Source of the DNA: Haliotis cracherodii
Lineage: Eukaryota
Length of the DNA: 64,000 nt
Direction: 5' to 3'
NCBI RefSeq assembly: GCF_022045235.1
Contig: NW_027266343.1
Span: 51,488,134 to 51,552,133 of the forward strand
The notes under the pieces are model-generated. The model saw only the letters and a program-made list of their open reading frames with translations. It was not told the origin of the DNA and did no database searches. A program made the translations under genes and the position numbers. Below, piece by piece: positions 48,601-60,899 of the stretch. Each line of letters begins with the position of its first letter. The stretch's first letter is position 1.

Positions 48601-50382
48601 CTTTCGATCTGCGCTAATATTTTAGCAAACGATCGTGCGGGAGATGCTGGTTAAAAAAACAAAACACCATTTCGTGTCATGACATGTATTAAAATTGGTT
48701 GTGATTGTTTGTAAATGTCTCTCGTTTTCACGAGAATCCTACAGTTCTGCTTCGTAGTAGTAAAGAGTTGTGAAAGCGAATGACGTCTCGTGATCGTTTA
48801 TGAATGAAAAAAGTAGTTCCGGTCCAATCAATAAAACGAGGTCAACCTTGTACGACACACGTGTGACGTACGGATTTAGTATCTTACCACCTGTATCTTC
48901 ACCACGTGGGTAATAAAATAGAGGATTCATCATGAGTGTTTTTTAATATGGGAAATATCAACCGAGTCTTAGTTAATCGGTATTTGCCGAGCCTTTAGCC
49001 AATCAACGAATTAAATGTTCATGCATGGTGATGGGACCGGGCTACTAGTATATGACGTCATGCTGTGCCCGGGATGCACGAGGAGTGACGTAATGCATGT
49101 TTCTTACACACCTGTGGGTGAGAAACCCATTTGAGATAACTGGTATCAAATATATGTTTCAGATCGAATTCCAGGCCCGTGATTGGCTACTCCATGGTGA
49201 TGACCTGAGGTCAGATGATGACGGACTACTTTCCTGAGTGTAAGACATTCAAGTTTCACGTGCTTCAGTCGAATGTTCACCTACGTCTGTATTGAACCAC
49301 AGGACCGTGTGATTTATAATAAAAATAAACTCATCCTCGTCTGCGAGTTTGATTGTTATTATCATCAGTTACATTACCTGTTGTTATGTCAACGTTAACA
49401 TTTTTTCGGGTGTTAACTTCCTGGATGCCACAGCGACACGTGTGTTTCCTCTTCAACACTCACTTCGAAGTCGAATAAAATTCAAAATACATCACGCAAA
49501 CTAATACACAGCACAGTTTTGAATTCCCCCTTCTGTTTATCATTTACTGTCATTTTAGGCAAAGCACATTTACTAAAAGTGACTTCTAAAAATTAGGTAC
49601 ATCGTAAATCTCGTCAAATCACAATTCACGGCGTTATTAACTGTGTGTTTAGAAAATCTAAATATCGGATATTTACTCGAAAAAATAAAGTAGAAAAATA
49701 GCATATTAGTGATGACGGGCATCAAATCACTAATGATAATTCTTCAACGTCGCTGATAAGCCTAGAATCGTTTAGAGTGTTTGGGAAAATACGCATACAC
49801 GAACGCCGAAGTGTACGTTCCGCCATATTGGATTGTGTTTACAAAATGCCGGTTATGAGACGCCTATTCGATCAAGTATATTTCAAACTCAGCTGCTATA
49901 CATGCATCCCTGAATTCCTCATACATTTGAGAAACAAATGACAAATGGTCTTTGCCACCAATGCAAATTATCTAGATGAAATCATACGAAATAAATTAGG
50001 TATGGAAACGAAAACTGTTCTCGGAAAACTGTAAATAAAGCAAAATTCAGATTTTAACACTGTGTTGAGGTACTTTCGGCTAATTTTTGCATACATTGGC
50101 TCGATCGCGCGTTTGAGAATAATCATGGGAAGAGCATCGTTGCACTAAGCTAGTATGGAATTACACATGTATACATTACAATGATGTGGTAAATTCAACA
50201 GAAGCCGTAAAAGTTTCCGTCCTGTGTGACGCCATGACTGACGCTAAATCACGCAGAACGATGACGGTAGTTATCTGCATTTCTGACTAATTCTCTTTGT
50301 TACATTCGAAAACATGGTAAACAAATAACAGTACGCAGATTGTCAGAATGTTTCTGATTACTTACGTGACACATTTATGTAT

Positions 50383-51885
50383 ACTCACACGCAAAAGAAA
50401 CGCGAGTCGAGTATGCAGTATACATGTTATTTATTTTCAACAGTAAAGACAAGAAATACTAATAGGGCAAGATTGACAAAAATTTGACTGAAGACAGTTT
50501 AATGGATTAAAAGGCAGATGACATAATTGGTTTTTTTTGGCTTACGCAGTTTCGGGTCAATACCCAAAATGTCAGTCAATACCTGGTGTGACCACCATTA
50601 GCATTGATCACTGCCACACGTCTCCTGTACATTGAGTGGATCAGACGATTTGTGAAGGCCCTAGGGATCCTCCTGCACACATCCAGAGCAGCTGTGCGTA
50701 GTTCATCGGCAGTTGTAGGGACTGGGCGCACAATGTGCAGACGCCTTTGAACCTCACCCCACAAGTGTTCGATTGGGTTCAGATCAGGGCTGAGGGCTGG
50801 CCACGGTAGATGTTGTGTTGTTGCAGAAAGGCCATGGTAGCTCTGGCAACATGGGGACGAGCGTTGTCCTGCTTAAAAATGTGTTGTTGATGTTGTGCAA
50901 AAAATGGCACAACGTGGGGTCTGATCACTTGGTCGATATACCGCTGAGCAGTGACGCCGTGTCCCCGACCTTAACCAACATTCAGAAAGCACATGGGTCC
51001 AAGTCTCGCATTAAGTCCAATCCCTGCCCATATCATGACGCTAGGTCCACCCCATGGATCCCTTTCCACAACGTTTCTGTCAGCGAAACGATCACCTCGA
51101 CGCCGCCAAATTCTGACTCTTCCGTCTGCATGGGAGACACAAAAGCTACTTTCAGAGAAGATGACACGCCTCCACTCACGATGACGCCAACTGCGATGAC
51201 CCTGTGCCCACTGAAGTCGTGCTTGTCGATGCTGTGGTTGGAGAACAGGACGACGTGCTGGTCGGCGACATCAGAGGTTGTTGGAACGGAGACGTCGGAT
51301 CACAGTGTCCCGGCTAATGTGTCGATTATGTGTTCCTATGGTCTGTCGAGCACTTTCACTTGCATTTAGGAACAGATGTCGCTGGTGTTGACGGGTAACC
51401 TGCCGATCTTGTCGAGGTGTGGTGACCCTATGACGACCGCTCCGAGGAAGGTCATCTGTGGTCTGTGTAGCATTGTATCGATGCAGGAGACGGTAAATTG
51501 TGGTTATGTTAACTTTGAAATGACGGGCAACATCTTGGACAGACTCTCCAGCTTGCAAACGTCCGGTAGCCTGCATGAGTTGGGCGTGGCATTGTTGACC
51601 AAGGAGTGGTAGGTCCAAGAATCGGCCACAGTTTTATACCCACAACAGGTCGTGACAGTTCGTGCATTTTCGATTTCGCGAGAAATGGTTGCATGATACC
51701 CACATATTCATTGACATGGTGCGTTTGGGCGATTCGTTTTCTATGTTGCGTTTTTTACTCGGGCCAAAAATATTGATAACACCATCAGGCTTCACTACAT
51801 GCTAAAACTCGTATAAATTTATGGTTCCGTGTTTGTTACCTATTTGCTTAAAACCACTTGCGTTTCTTTTGCGTGTGAGTAAATA
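50383..51885 (-). mobile_element. Tc1-like DNA transposon with about 26-bp TIRs and a decayed transposase
   Basis: TIR tatactcacacgcaaaagaaacgc at 50383-50406 matches the reverse complement at 51860-51885. Minus-strand ORFs give an N-terminal HTH (51618-51271, ...HFKVNITTIYRLLHRY...RSGR) and a C-terminus ...AVINANGGHTRY (50764-50576). The middle is frameshifted. Confidence 0.75.
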
Positions 51886-52574
51886 TACGATCCCTCAATC
51901 AACGGAAATCCTCCCCTGGGAATCCCGCGGACTGTTGTCAGTGAACACGCCATTTTGTAAAAGTCGGTCGTCGGTAGTGATGTCATACGGAAGTAAACAT
52001 TTTTGTACATATTTGGTAATTTCTTTGAGGCGTAAACTTTTTAACTCGGCATCCGGCGTGTTCTTTGTTTTTGTCTAGTTTGCATTATCATCATCGCCTT
52101 GATAATCCACAGATATGTCGGAAACCTTTTTGTGTAGGGTCACATTATTTATGAGTAGTAAGCAGTACATAGGATGACGTCACTTATGACAGTGGTGTTA
52201 TGTATTAGTGGGCTACTGCAATCATGAGAATAGACAAATTGCATCGGTTCGATCCTAAAAAGGTGCGATTTTAGGGTGTGTAAAAAAACACATTACTGAA
52301 CTCCAATCTCATTAAAATCAGATCTTAGTTTTCGTTACCGCTAAACAAAGATCTGAGGACATCCCATTACGGGTCACGTCAGACCGACCTTGCGAGAACT
52401 TTGACTGACCAATGGAATGACCAATCAGAAGGCAGCTTTCACTTTGATTACTGAAAACGACTTCTGAAAATTAGGTACATCGTACATTTCGCTACATCTC
52501 GTGTGTGTTTTGAAATTAGCGAAATTTGAAGTAGCGAACATATTGCAAAGTTGTACCCGTGCTAATATACACTT

Positions 52575-52731
52575 GAAGTAAGACGAGTTCTATGGATGAA
52601 CAACTTCTTTATTACAATTAGTGTGACGTTTCGGTGTATCCTATTGCTTGATAAAGGTGTTAGGATCTACACCGAAACGTCGCACTAATTGTAATAAAGA
52701 AGTTGTTCATCCATAGAACTCGTCTTACTTC
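52575..52731. repeat. Near-perfect 64-bp-stem palindrome (hairpin/foldback copy of a dispersed repeat)
   Basis: gaagtaagacgagttctatggatgaacaacttctttattacaattagtgtgacgtttcggtgta, a 29-nt loop, then the reverse complement with 1 mismatch. Single-arm relatives lie at 15740-15800 and 41738-41800. Confidence 0.8.
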
Positions 52732-54654
52732 ATCACTCCAACTTCTAAATGCCACTGAAAGAAGTAATATACACTTGTCAGAGTGCTACACGAAGCTTGT
52801 GATTACCATTTGTCAAACTTCCATTTTTGTCCCAGATGGGACTCAAGTCCAAAAATTACTAGGGTTTGCACTTTACAGAGAGAGTTTTATCCCAAATATG
52901 ACATTTGTTACTTTGTACTTATTTATGTTTGAAATACTCTTTACCATCAAAGTTAGAAGAAATAGGGGTGATTATGGTATTTACATGAATGGAAACCCAA
53001 GATGAAACTATTTCTATATAGTTTGTTTGACTGAACTTCTCGCATCTACATGAATGTCACCAGAAGACCACGTGCACCAATTGTAGTACTGGGCAGTAAC
53101 ATGATGTACACTGCACCTGCAGGTTTATGAACATGCTTATAGCCCTTGAAAGATATTTCTTATTATGTTCAATGTGGAATCCGGTTAGTATATATACTGT
53201 TTCTGCTTCATGTAAAAAAAACACTTGATTTGTTAATTATGAACATTTGTTTTAATTATTCCACAATGTCTACTGTACTTTTGATATTTTCGTACACAAC
53301 TGACTAGATAAATGTTTCATGGCAAAAGAGTTATACTTTGAAATATGTCTTGCCTGCTTTTGAAAGCATTAATAAGGCCATTGTGTTACGCACAATAAAT
53401 TTAAATTTAAATGGGTTATCTACAAGTTGACCAATATCTTTTTTTTTAATCTGCAGAACATTAGTTTAAAATAACCAAATATCAATATTTTAAAAGAAGA
53501 CAACTATTTTCTGGACTCACATACATGTCGTCTGCTACAGAATAGCTTGTGGTCATTAATCAGATGTGACACACCGGGGAAGCTGGCAAGAGCACCCCTG
53601 CTGATAGCGGGAGTTTTGGGGGGACTGGATTGCAGTTAGCTGTTCCTCACTTTGAGGATTTCAGAGACCCTTATTCCACTAAGTGTAGTGAAGAAACACA
53701 GCTACTCACCAAATGACAAGAAATCCGCCTGTTCAAGACTCGGTGCCTGACACAGATCGTGCTGTGTTGTTTTGTTTCTTTTAACCTAGTTTCAAGGATG
53801 TTGAGAGACAACACTGCCAAGCGTGGGACCGTGGGAGTGCCTGCAAGGACGAACTTACTAGTCGATAAATATTTAAGCGAAGTCTTCCGCTGCTAAAACA
53901 GGGGAGTGAGAAAATTACATTATCGGTTAGTACTTCTTACCAAAGCGAAGAATCCGCTGCGAGTTTTAGGTCATTCCCCGATAAGCACGTTTTGTTTTAT
54001 CGGGCTGTGGTCACGTGTAAACAAGATAAAACACGTGGAGTTATGTAAGATATACAACCGTTGTAGCATGTCACAGCGTCAGAGAATGTCTATTATACAA
54101 CTTTATAGGGTCTTATAGTCACGTGTTATTGGTGAGCGTTTGAAAACGTCCATAAGAGCAACAGGCCGTTATCAACATCTCCCGATCGAATCTCATTTCA
54201 CAGCACGAGTTCACTTGATTCGCACTTGGTGTCGAGTAACTTCACGTTAATTCAGTATCGTCGCGCTATCGCCGTTTGAATCAACTATGTGAATTATATG
54301 AATTATGTCTTGTACCCATTTAATGAGGACGATTTTGTTAGACTTTGTTTAGTATGAAACAATGTATTTTATTGTAATCTCACACTAAAGGGTTCAGTAC
54401 CATAGAGACACTGGTCATGCGTTCTGTCGCATAAGTTAGTTATATTAATGTAAATGGAACCTGCGTTAGTGCGAAGCTAAACAACAACAAAAACAGGATC
54501 AAGTGCATAACTCACGAACAAATGACTCACAGCTGGACGAATGACAAATCAATTACACAGTCACGTTGGCCATGTCAAGGGGAGATAAATAGCTAGCATG
54601 TATTTATAATGCAGGTGTGTTATGCAGGCAGATAACTCGAGTGAAATATATCGA

Positions 54655-54740
54655 TAATACTACACTGGTTCTCCTTAGATACCATTTCTACGAAACGAGT
54701 GGACTTTCTTTGGTATCTGACCGAGCGAAAGCCACACACC
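54655..54740 (+). repeat. Solo copy of the YR-element hairpin module
   Basis: atactacactggttctccttagataccatttctacgaaacgagtggactttctttggtatctgaccgagcgaaagccacac matches the hairpins at 44290, 47320 and 63780. Confidence 0.5.
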
Positions 54741-55639
54741 TATGTGATTCTCAATTCTCAATACCATAAGAAGGATGGACATTTCGAAAGGGTTACAGAC
54801 CAATGTAATTTTTAATAATTCTCAGGCAACAATCTTCACTCAAAGGTATCCCAATGTATGTTTGTGTAACAGCGAAGATATATTATTTCTATATTCGTGT
54901 AAGTGACATGGTGAGACCCTGGGCCAAGGATCGTTCTCATAGGAGTTGCCAGCCAACATATGACTGTCACAGTCGTTGTTGTTTCTGTCTGTTATTATGT
55001 ATTTTGTTGTTCTTTTGTTTTTAATTTAAGAATATCAACACCAAAGGGTTAACGTTTACTCTTGTATGGGTGACTCGTGGGAGTGAGCTTTCACTACTGG
55101 TGATATGGCGTTTTAGATTGGCCATGTTATTTTACCGTGTATCGGGTTCGGTCTTATAAGAGGCCATGACATGTCATGTGTTGAAAGTGTACCTGCCCAA
55201 TAAGCACTACAACCTGGTCTGCAATTATCTCTCGGTGGCCCCAACGTGGTATAGTTGACTATTGTACCTCTCGGTTCGTTAGCCAACTTGTCTGTAGTGT
55301 ATGTGTGTTATCTACCGGTGTAGGAGTCAATGTCTCTTGTGTCCTTTTTATTTCCTTGTTATGTTGTTATTGTGACGTCAATAACCCCTGGCACCCATGT
55401 CCTTTATGACGGAACCGACTTTCATCCCCTACAGAGGGTGGCTATTCGGTCCGGGCAACAAAATTCACTTACGTTATCAAGTTACGTGGCGGCAGGCACA
55501 TCTCGATATCCTGAAAATACGTGTTGCCTACCTGCAAGGGCCCGTGGTGGCAGGGAACTCGCTCTTGCTAAGCTCACTTCTTCAAGTGCACCAAGGTGTC
55601 CATCTCCTCGACAAGACTCCATCTTGTCAGCTTATGTCC

Positions 55640-56215
55640 ACCTTTCAAATGAATCACGAATCCATTTCTTTGACAGGAAACCATCTCGTCGTTATTATTT
55701 TCTCGACAAGAAACCATTTCGTCGGCAATATTTCCTCGACAAGAACCCATCTCGTCGGCATTATTTCCTCGACAAGAAACCATCTTGACGGCATTATCTC
55801 CTCGACAAGAAACCATCTCGTCGGCATTATTTCCTCGACAAGAACCCATCTCGTCGGCATTATTTCCTCGACAAGAACCCATCTCGTCGGCATTATTTCC
55901 TCGACAAGAAACCATCTCGTCGGCAATATTTCCTCGACAAGAAACCATCTCGTCGGCATTATTTCCTCGACAAGAACCCATCTCGTCGGCATTATTTCCT
56001 CGACAAGAACCCATCTCGTCGGCATTATTTCCTCGACAAGAAACCATCTCGACGGCATTATCTCCTCGACAAGAAACCATCTCGTCGGCATTATCTCCTC
56101 GACAAGAACCCATCTAGTCGGCAATATTTCCTCGACAAGAACCCATCTCGTCGGCATTATCTCCTCGACAAGAAACCATCTCGTCGGCATTATTTCCTCG
56201 ACAAGAACCTGCTAT
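55640..56215. repeat. 33-bp tandem repeat (catctcgtcggcattatttcctcgacaagaacc), about 17 units, inside the long-TIR element
   Basis: Direct reading. It generates ORFs 55397-56218, 55574-56113 and 55654-56190 on both strands. Confidence 0.9.
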
Positions 56216-57268
56216 TGATGTGTTTGTTTAACGAAATCTCAGTGACCTTTCATCTTAGTCCGTTCCTGTTGTGCAAGTCATTGTGGGGTACTGAGTTTGG
56301 GTGACATTTGTTGTTCCTGTTTCGTCTTCTGACACGTTTTCATGGTCCTTGTGCGGCTAGCGTGGAAGTTTTCCGTCAACATTTTATTCCATGTAAGTGT
56401 CGTGTGTCGGATACGAAATGTATGCGAGTCTCGGTAGTTTTTGTTGTACTATTCTCTCATGAAACCCTATCCAACGTGAGATACTTTAAATGTTACCGTA
56501 ATTGACACATAGGTTGGTGACATATCACCAGTGGGGACAGAGTGTTTGGGGTTATTTGACCTAGCATCCAGTGCAAGGCCACCAGGGGTGCCAAGTTTGC
56601 AAGGTGCGCACTGTTGGTGGCGCACAGAGAATTGATGATGAATAAGGGGTAACAGCATCACTGTGGTCATTTATAACAAGATATCCCGATACATCTATTC
56701 CAGCTGAGGGGTATAGGTTGGGTTTAATATCTGAAGTTCACCCGGAGAGAGGGGTCAGGTAGAGAAGAATTCCTGAGCACATGCCATGGTTTCTTCTTTG
56801 GGCAGTCTACTATTGGGGAAGGGCCAGGTTTCGGTGATCTATTGACGAGTTCAAATGTTGTGGAGGGGTTAAAGGTATGACGCTAGCCATCTGGGCATAA
56901 CCCCTGCTGTGCTGAGTGGCACAAGGATCTCTGAAAACCTCGAAGTGAGGAACAACTAACTGCATTCCTATCCCCACCCAGAACTCCCACTATCAGCAGG
57001 GTCCTCTTGCCGGCTACCCTGCGGCGTCAAGCCGATTAATGACCACAAGCTCTTCTGCAGCAGATGACAGGTGTGTGTGTGTGTGTCCAGACAATATTTG
57101 TCTGATTCTATAATATTGATGTAAGTTTAACTACTTTCGAAACATTTATGTTTCTTAACTAAGATTAAGTAACCATTTCACTACATCCTGTCAAAAAATG
57201 AAGCCATCAATATCAGTAGCATTTGTTTCCATGTCTATCATTTTAAACAATAAATACCCCTTCATCCT

Positions 57269-57440
57269 AGTGAGTTAGTGAGTGAGTATGGTTTTACGCC
57301 GCTTTTAGCAATATTCCAGCAATATCACGGCGGGGGACACCAGAAATGGGCGTCACACATTGTACCCATGTCAGGAATCGAACCCGGGTCTTCGGCGTGA
57401 CGAGCGAACGCTTCTACCACTAGGCCACCCCACCGCCCCT
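57269..57440 (-). mobile_element. SINE family B, full length
   Basis: TSD ccttcatc(c/t)t on both sides. Confidence 0.85.
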
Positions 57441-57462
57441 CCTTCATCTTAATCAACCGTTA

Positions 57463-57603
57463 AGTGAGTGAGTGAGTGAGTGAGTATGGTTAAACGCCGC
57501 TTTTAGCAATATTCCAGCAATATCACGGCGGGGGACACCAGAAATGGGCTTCACACATTGTACCCATGTCGGGAAACGAACCTGGGTCTTCAGCGTGACG
57601 AAC
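57463..57603 (-). mobile_element. SINE family B, head-truncated, in tandem with the 57269-57440 copy
   Basis: A (gtga)n tail followed by gtatggttaaacgccgcttttagcaatattccagc...gggaaacgaacctggg. Confidence 0.75.
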
Positions 57604-58748
57604 GGCCCAACCATTGACATTTTATGTATAATAATATCATCAAATATGTAATATTGATCGGTTTTTGTGTCTACAAGAATGTATGTATGTCTGTATATAT
57701 GAATCATAATGTTTCGTCTTTACAAAATTGCATCTGTCCCGTAATGGAATGTTTCTGCAATAAATATTATCTTATCTATCTATCTTATCTATGTTCTGCA
57801 GATTAAAAAGATATTGGTCCACTTGTGGCTGAACCATTTGGATTTTCGTTCATTGGGAGTAACACAATTGCCTTTCAAATGCTTTTCAAAGCAGGAAGCA
57901 CATATTACAAAGTATAAATCATTTATCATGAAACGTTTATCAAGTCAATTTTGTACGAAAATATCAAAAGTACCACGGTAGACATTGATGGATCATAAAA
58001 ACAAATGTTCTTAATTAACGAATCAAGTAGATTTTTTGTGTTTTGGGGTCTTTTTTATTGTTGTTTTTGTTTTTGTTTTTACATGAAGTAGAAACAATAA
58101 ACTGGATTCAACATTTGACATAATAAGAAATATCTTAAGAGTCCTACTACCGTATTCATACCCCTGCAGGTGCCATGGACATCATGTCTCTGCCCAGTGC
58201 TACTATTGATGTTCGTGGTCTTCTGGTGATATTTATGCGAAGGCGAGAAGTTCAGTTAAAACGAACTATATAGGAACATTTTTATCTTGGTTTTCCTCAC
58301 ATGTAAATACCATGATGCTACTAAATTACTAGTCTGCCTCACAGAACCTGAACCTTATTTTTCTTCTGCCTAGCCCTAACTGTAACGATATAGCCCTAAA
58401 AATGAAGCAAGTCTACAATTTTCCAAAGCTGAATCTCTCATCTCAGTTTGGATCTCTTTCAATTTATTGGAGTTATGGTTTCTAACAAAATTAATGTTGT
58501 TGTTTTTTTAGACTAATAGACACTGGCCTACACCATCAGTGCCATAATGTAAACAACTCGGACCAGCTCGCCCCTGCCTGCCTGTTTTATTGGGGGAACA
58601 ACTGATAATATCATGGTTCATGAGTATCAGGTTCAGTGAGAAAAAATGGAGGGGGGATTGCTGGCCGGGAGAGGTCTGGCTTGTGCAACAAAGTGTGTTG
58701 TGAGTAACTTACTGAACCCTGCCTTGGAGTGTAGTATAACCTCCCCTA

Positions 58749-58750
<2 letters not shown>

Positions 58751-58798
<48 letters not shown>

Positions 58799-58805
58799 GG
58801 GGGGG
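58751..58805. repeat. (GT)17 followed by G(25) compound microsatellite
   Basis: Direct reading. Confidence 0.9.
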
Positions 58806-59741
58806 TGGACTTTCTGCTCTATTTGTCAAATTTTCCTGTTGGGTGAAACGGCCACCACTGCCATGTGGTGTTTGGGCGCGAAGGTACTGGCTCAAATTAA
58901 CAACATTTACTGGTTGGAGTGAAGATTGTCGCGAATTAGTGGGCCTGTCCACCTGTTCACTCCGTAAGTGGATTGCATGTTTTCTTTTGACTCAAACTGA
59001 GGGGACCCGGCAGCGTATGCTGTGTTCTAAATAAATTTAGCAAGTGTAGAATATCGTCTAGTAATCACAAATATTTTCACATTCTAAGATGCATTTCCAC
59101 GAAAAAGAGCCGTTGGATGTCTGACCACTTGTAAGACGTAAGCAAATGACTCAAACGCTTGTTGTTTCATGTCAATAAGGTCATTGACACTATTTAGCGT
59201 AATGATTGAGTTCGGGGAATTTCATTGGGAAATGTTTTCTTCAAGTTTTGCTAGGAGCAATCATCTCTCAATTACCTCGCCAAACCGTGCGAGGCCGGTG
59301 ATGATCCCATTCACTGAGGGACTGAAATGTGTACTGGTATGCTATGAGACTGGTATGCTACCGGAATGCTAGTGCTCGGCTCACTAGGTCAGATGGAACG
59401 ACCTTACTACTCGTGAGTGGAAATGAAAATTAAGCCGACCCGCGTCGACACTGTTGATCGACAGTTGTACCGTTATTGTTTGAGTCTTGTGTTAGTGGCA
59501 TGATTATGTTCAAAGATCTCGTTCTTTTACAATATGTATTCAATGCAATGCATCAAAATATTGCTTACCTAACCAGGCCCGGTCCAATGAAACTTGGCAC
59601 CACACAAAATGTCAAAATGTCACAATTGTTAGTTCTGTCCATCACTTCTTGGCACGTCACCCCACCACTGGGTCCAGGTGTGACCGTCCGCTCGTCACTC
59701 CCGACGCCGCTCCATAGTAAGCCCGGAGTGGTCCGTGGATG

Positions 59742-59872
59742 TGCAACCGTCTGCACCGTTTTGAATGTGCAAACGTCTGCACCGTTCCGGATGTGCAAAC
59801 GTCTGCACCGTTCCGGATGTGCAAACGTCTGCACCGTTCCGGATGTGCAAACGTCTGCACCGTTCCTCCCAA
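59742..59872. repeat. 26-bp tandem repeat (tgtgcaaacgtctgcaccgttccgga, 4.5 units), followed by degenerate tgcaaccgctgcac repeats to ~60170
   Basis: Direct reading. Confidence 0.8.
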
Positions 59873-60899
59873 CGACTGTAATCTCCCTCACAGTGGACGT
59901 TCTCGTGCAACAGGTGCACAGCCGACTCTCAATGGTTTGCTCTGTTGTATTCACCACGTGGGTGTTGTCAACGTACCACCTGGGGGAGATTTTGTGCAAC
60001 CGCTGCAACTGCTGCCTCACCCGCGCTACCTCTGCGCGTTGTTACCTAACTGGTGCAACCGCTGCACACAGTCACTTCACTCGTGCAACCACCGCACCTT
60101 GTTATACCTTACTTGGTCGACCGCTGCACAGCGTCACTTCACTTGTGCAACCGCTGCACGCCATCACCTGACAATGCTTTTTTGCAGTCGTCAGGGAAGA
60201 TCGTACCCCGCATCAGTCCAAGGTAATTCTATGATGTTATCGAGGGTAACTGTTGCGTAATCGGAAGGTAGCAATTCGTGTACCTCTTCGCCTGAACTAC
60301 GGCAATCCCCTCGTTCTTGGTGCTGACAGTCCGGGACGAGCGAGAAGTACAATGTCAGTACTCGAGGGCCTTGGACCTATTACCGTAGTTACAACAAGCA
60401 CAAAGAGTGTTCTTCGTTAAACAGCTTTTATTCCAACTTTGTGTTGCGAGTCAACCCACTCTATTTGTCACTTAAATACGAGACTTCGGCCGCAAAGCTT
60501 CAGTCTCAGTCGAAATGCTGGTGCCTAAGTTTGGTTTCTGGTTCGAAAGATCGTGACAACAAGCCGAGAGCGGAGCACCAGTCCAGATGTAGTCTCCCAG
60601 GCCGCTCTCTCGATTTGGGGGCTTTTGACGCTTTTTAAACCGGTACCTACATCACAGCTCTACTCATTTTTCCATCTATCATTGGTCAACCACCTTCCCC
60701 CCAACACTAGATCATTCTAACCTACTCTTCTTTCATAACAAGATCCTTATTAGTACTTTTTGTAATGTGAACCCCTCAATTCCTGGAATCTGAATCACCC
60801 CAACTCTTATATATATTATTTCTTATTTCTATGACTTATTAACTTCCCTTTAATTATATAAATATATATTACACTTTCATGCCCATGATACAAACACCT

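Larger units (their letters stand above)
44278..48928 (+). mobile_element. Composite of a tyrosine-recombinase (Crypton/DUF3504-like) element family: hairpin + 0.75 kb body + nested LINE + ~0.5 kb direct repeat + hairpin + YR ORF (opposite strand) + direct repeat
   Basis: Hairpins at 44290-44400 and 47320-47430 have a 26-bp stem, atactacactcattctcgttagatac / gtatcttacgagaacgagtgtagtat. The direct repeats 46780-47320 and 48690-48928 end ...ggatttagtatcttaccac(c/t)tgtatcttcaccacgtgggtaataaa. The same modules recur at 54.65, 60.9-61.4 and 62.84-64.0 kb. Confidence 0.55.
53527..57062. mobile_element. Non-autonomous element with ~150-bp terminal inverted repeats enclosing a 33-bp tandem array
   Basis: 53527-53650 is the reverse complement of 56920-57062 at about 80% identity (tgtcgtctgctacagaatagcttgtggtcattaatc... 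/ ...gattaatgaccacaagctcttctgcagcagatgaca). There is no transposase ORF between them. Confidence 0.5.

Noticed and set aside
49000-49330. Promoter-like segment with tgacgtca (CRE), gattggct (CCAAT) and aataaa
   Set aside because: No adjacent exon or ORF with homology could be found, and these motifs occur by chance in AT-rich DNA. It is left unannotated.
55397-56218. 273-aa ORF plus three overlapping ORFs on both strands
   Set aside because: Artefacts of the 33-bp tandem repeat inside the long-TIR element.
59476-60260. 231-aa and 173-aa ORFs rich in Cys/Thr/Val
   Set aside because: They overlap the 26-bp and tgcaaccgctgcac tandem repeats. Multiple overlapping frames are open on both strands.
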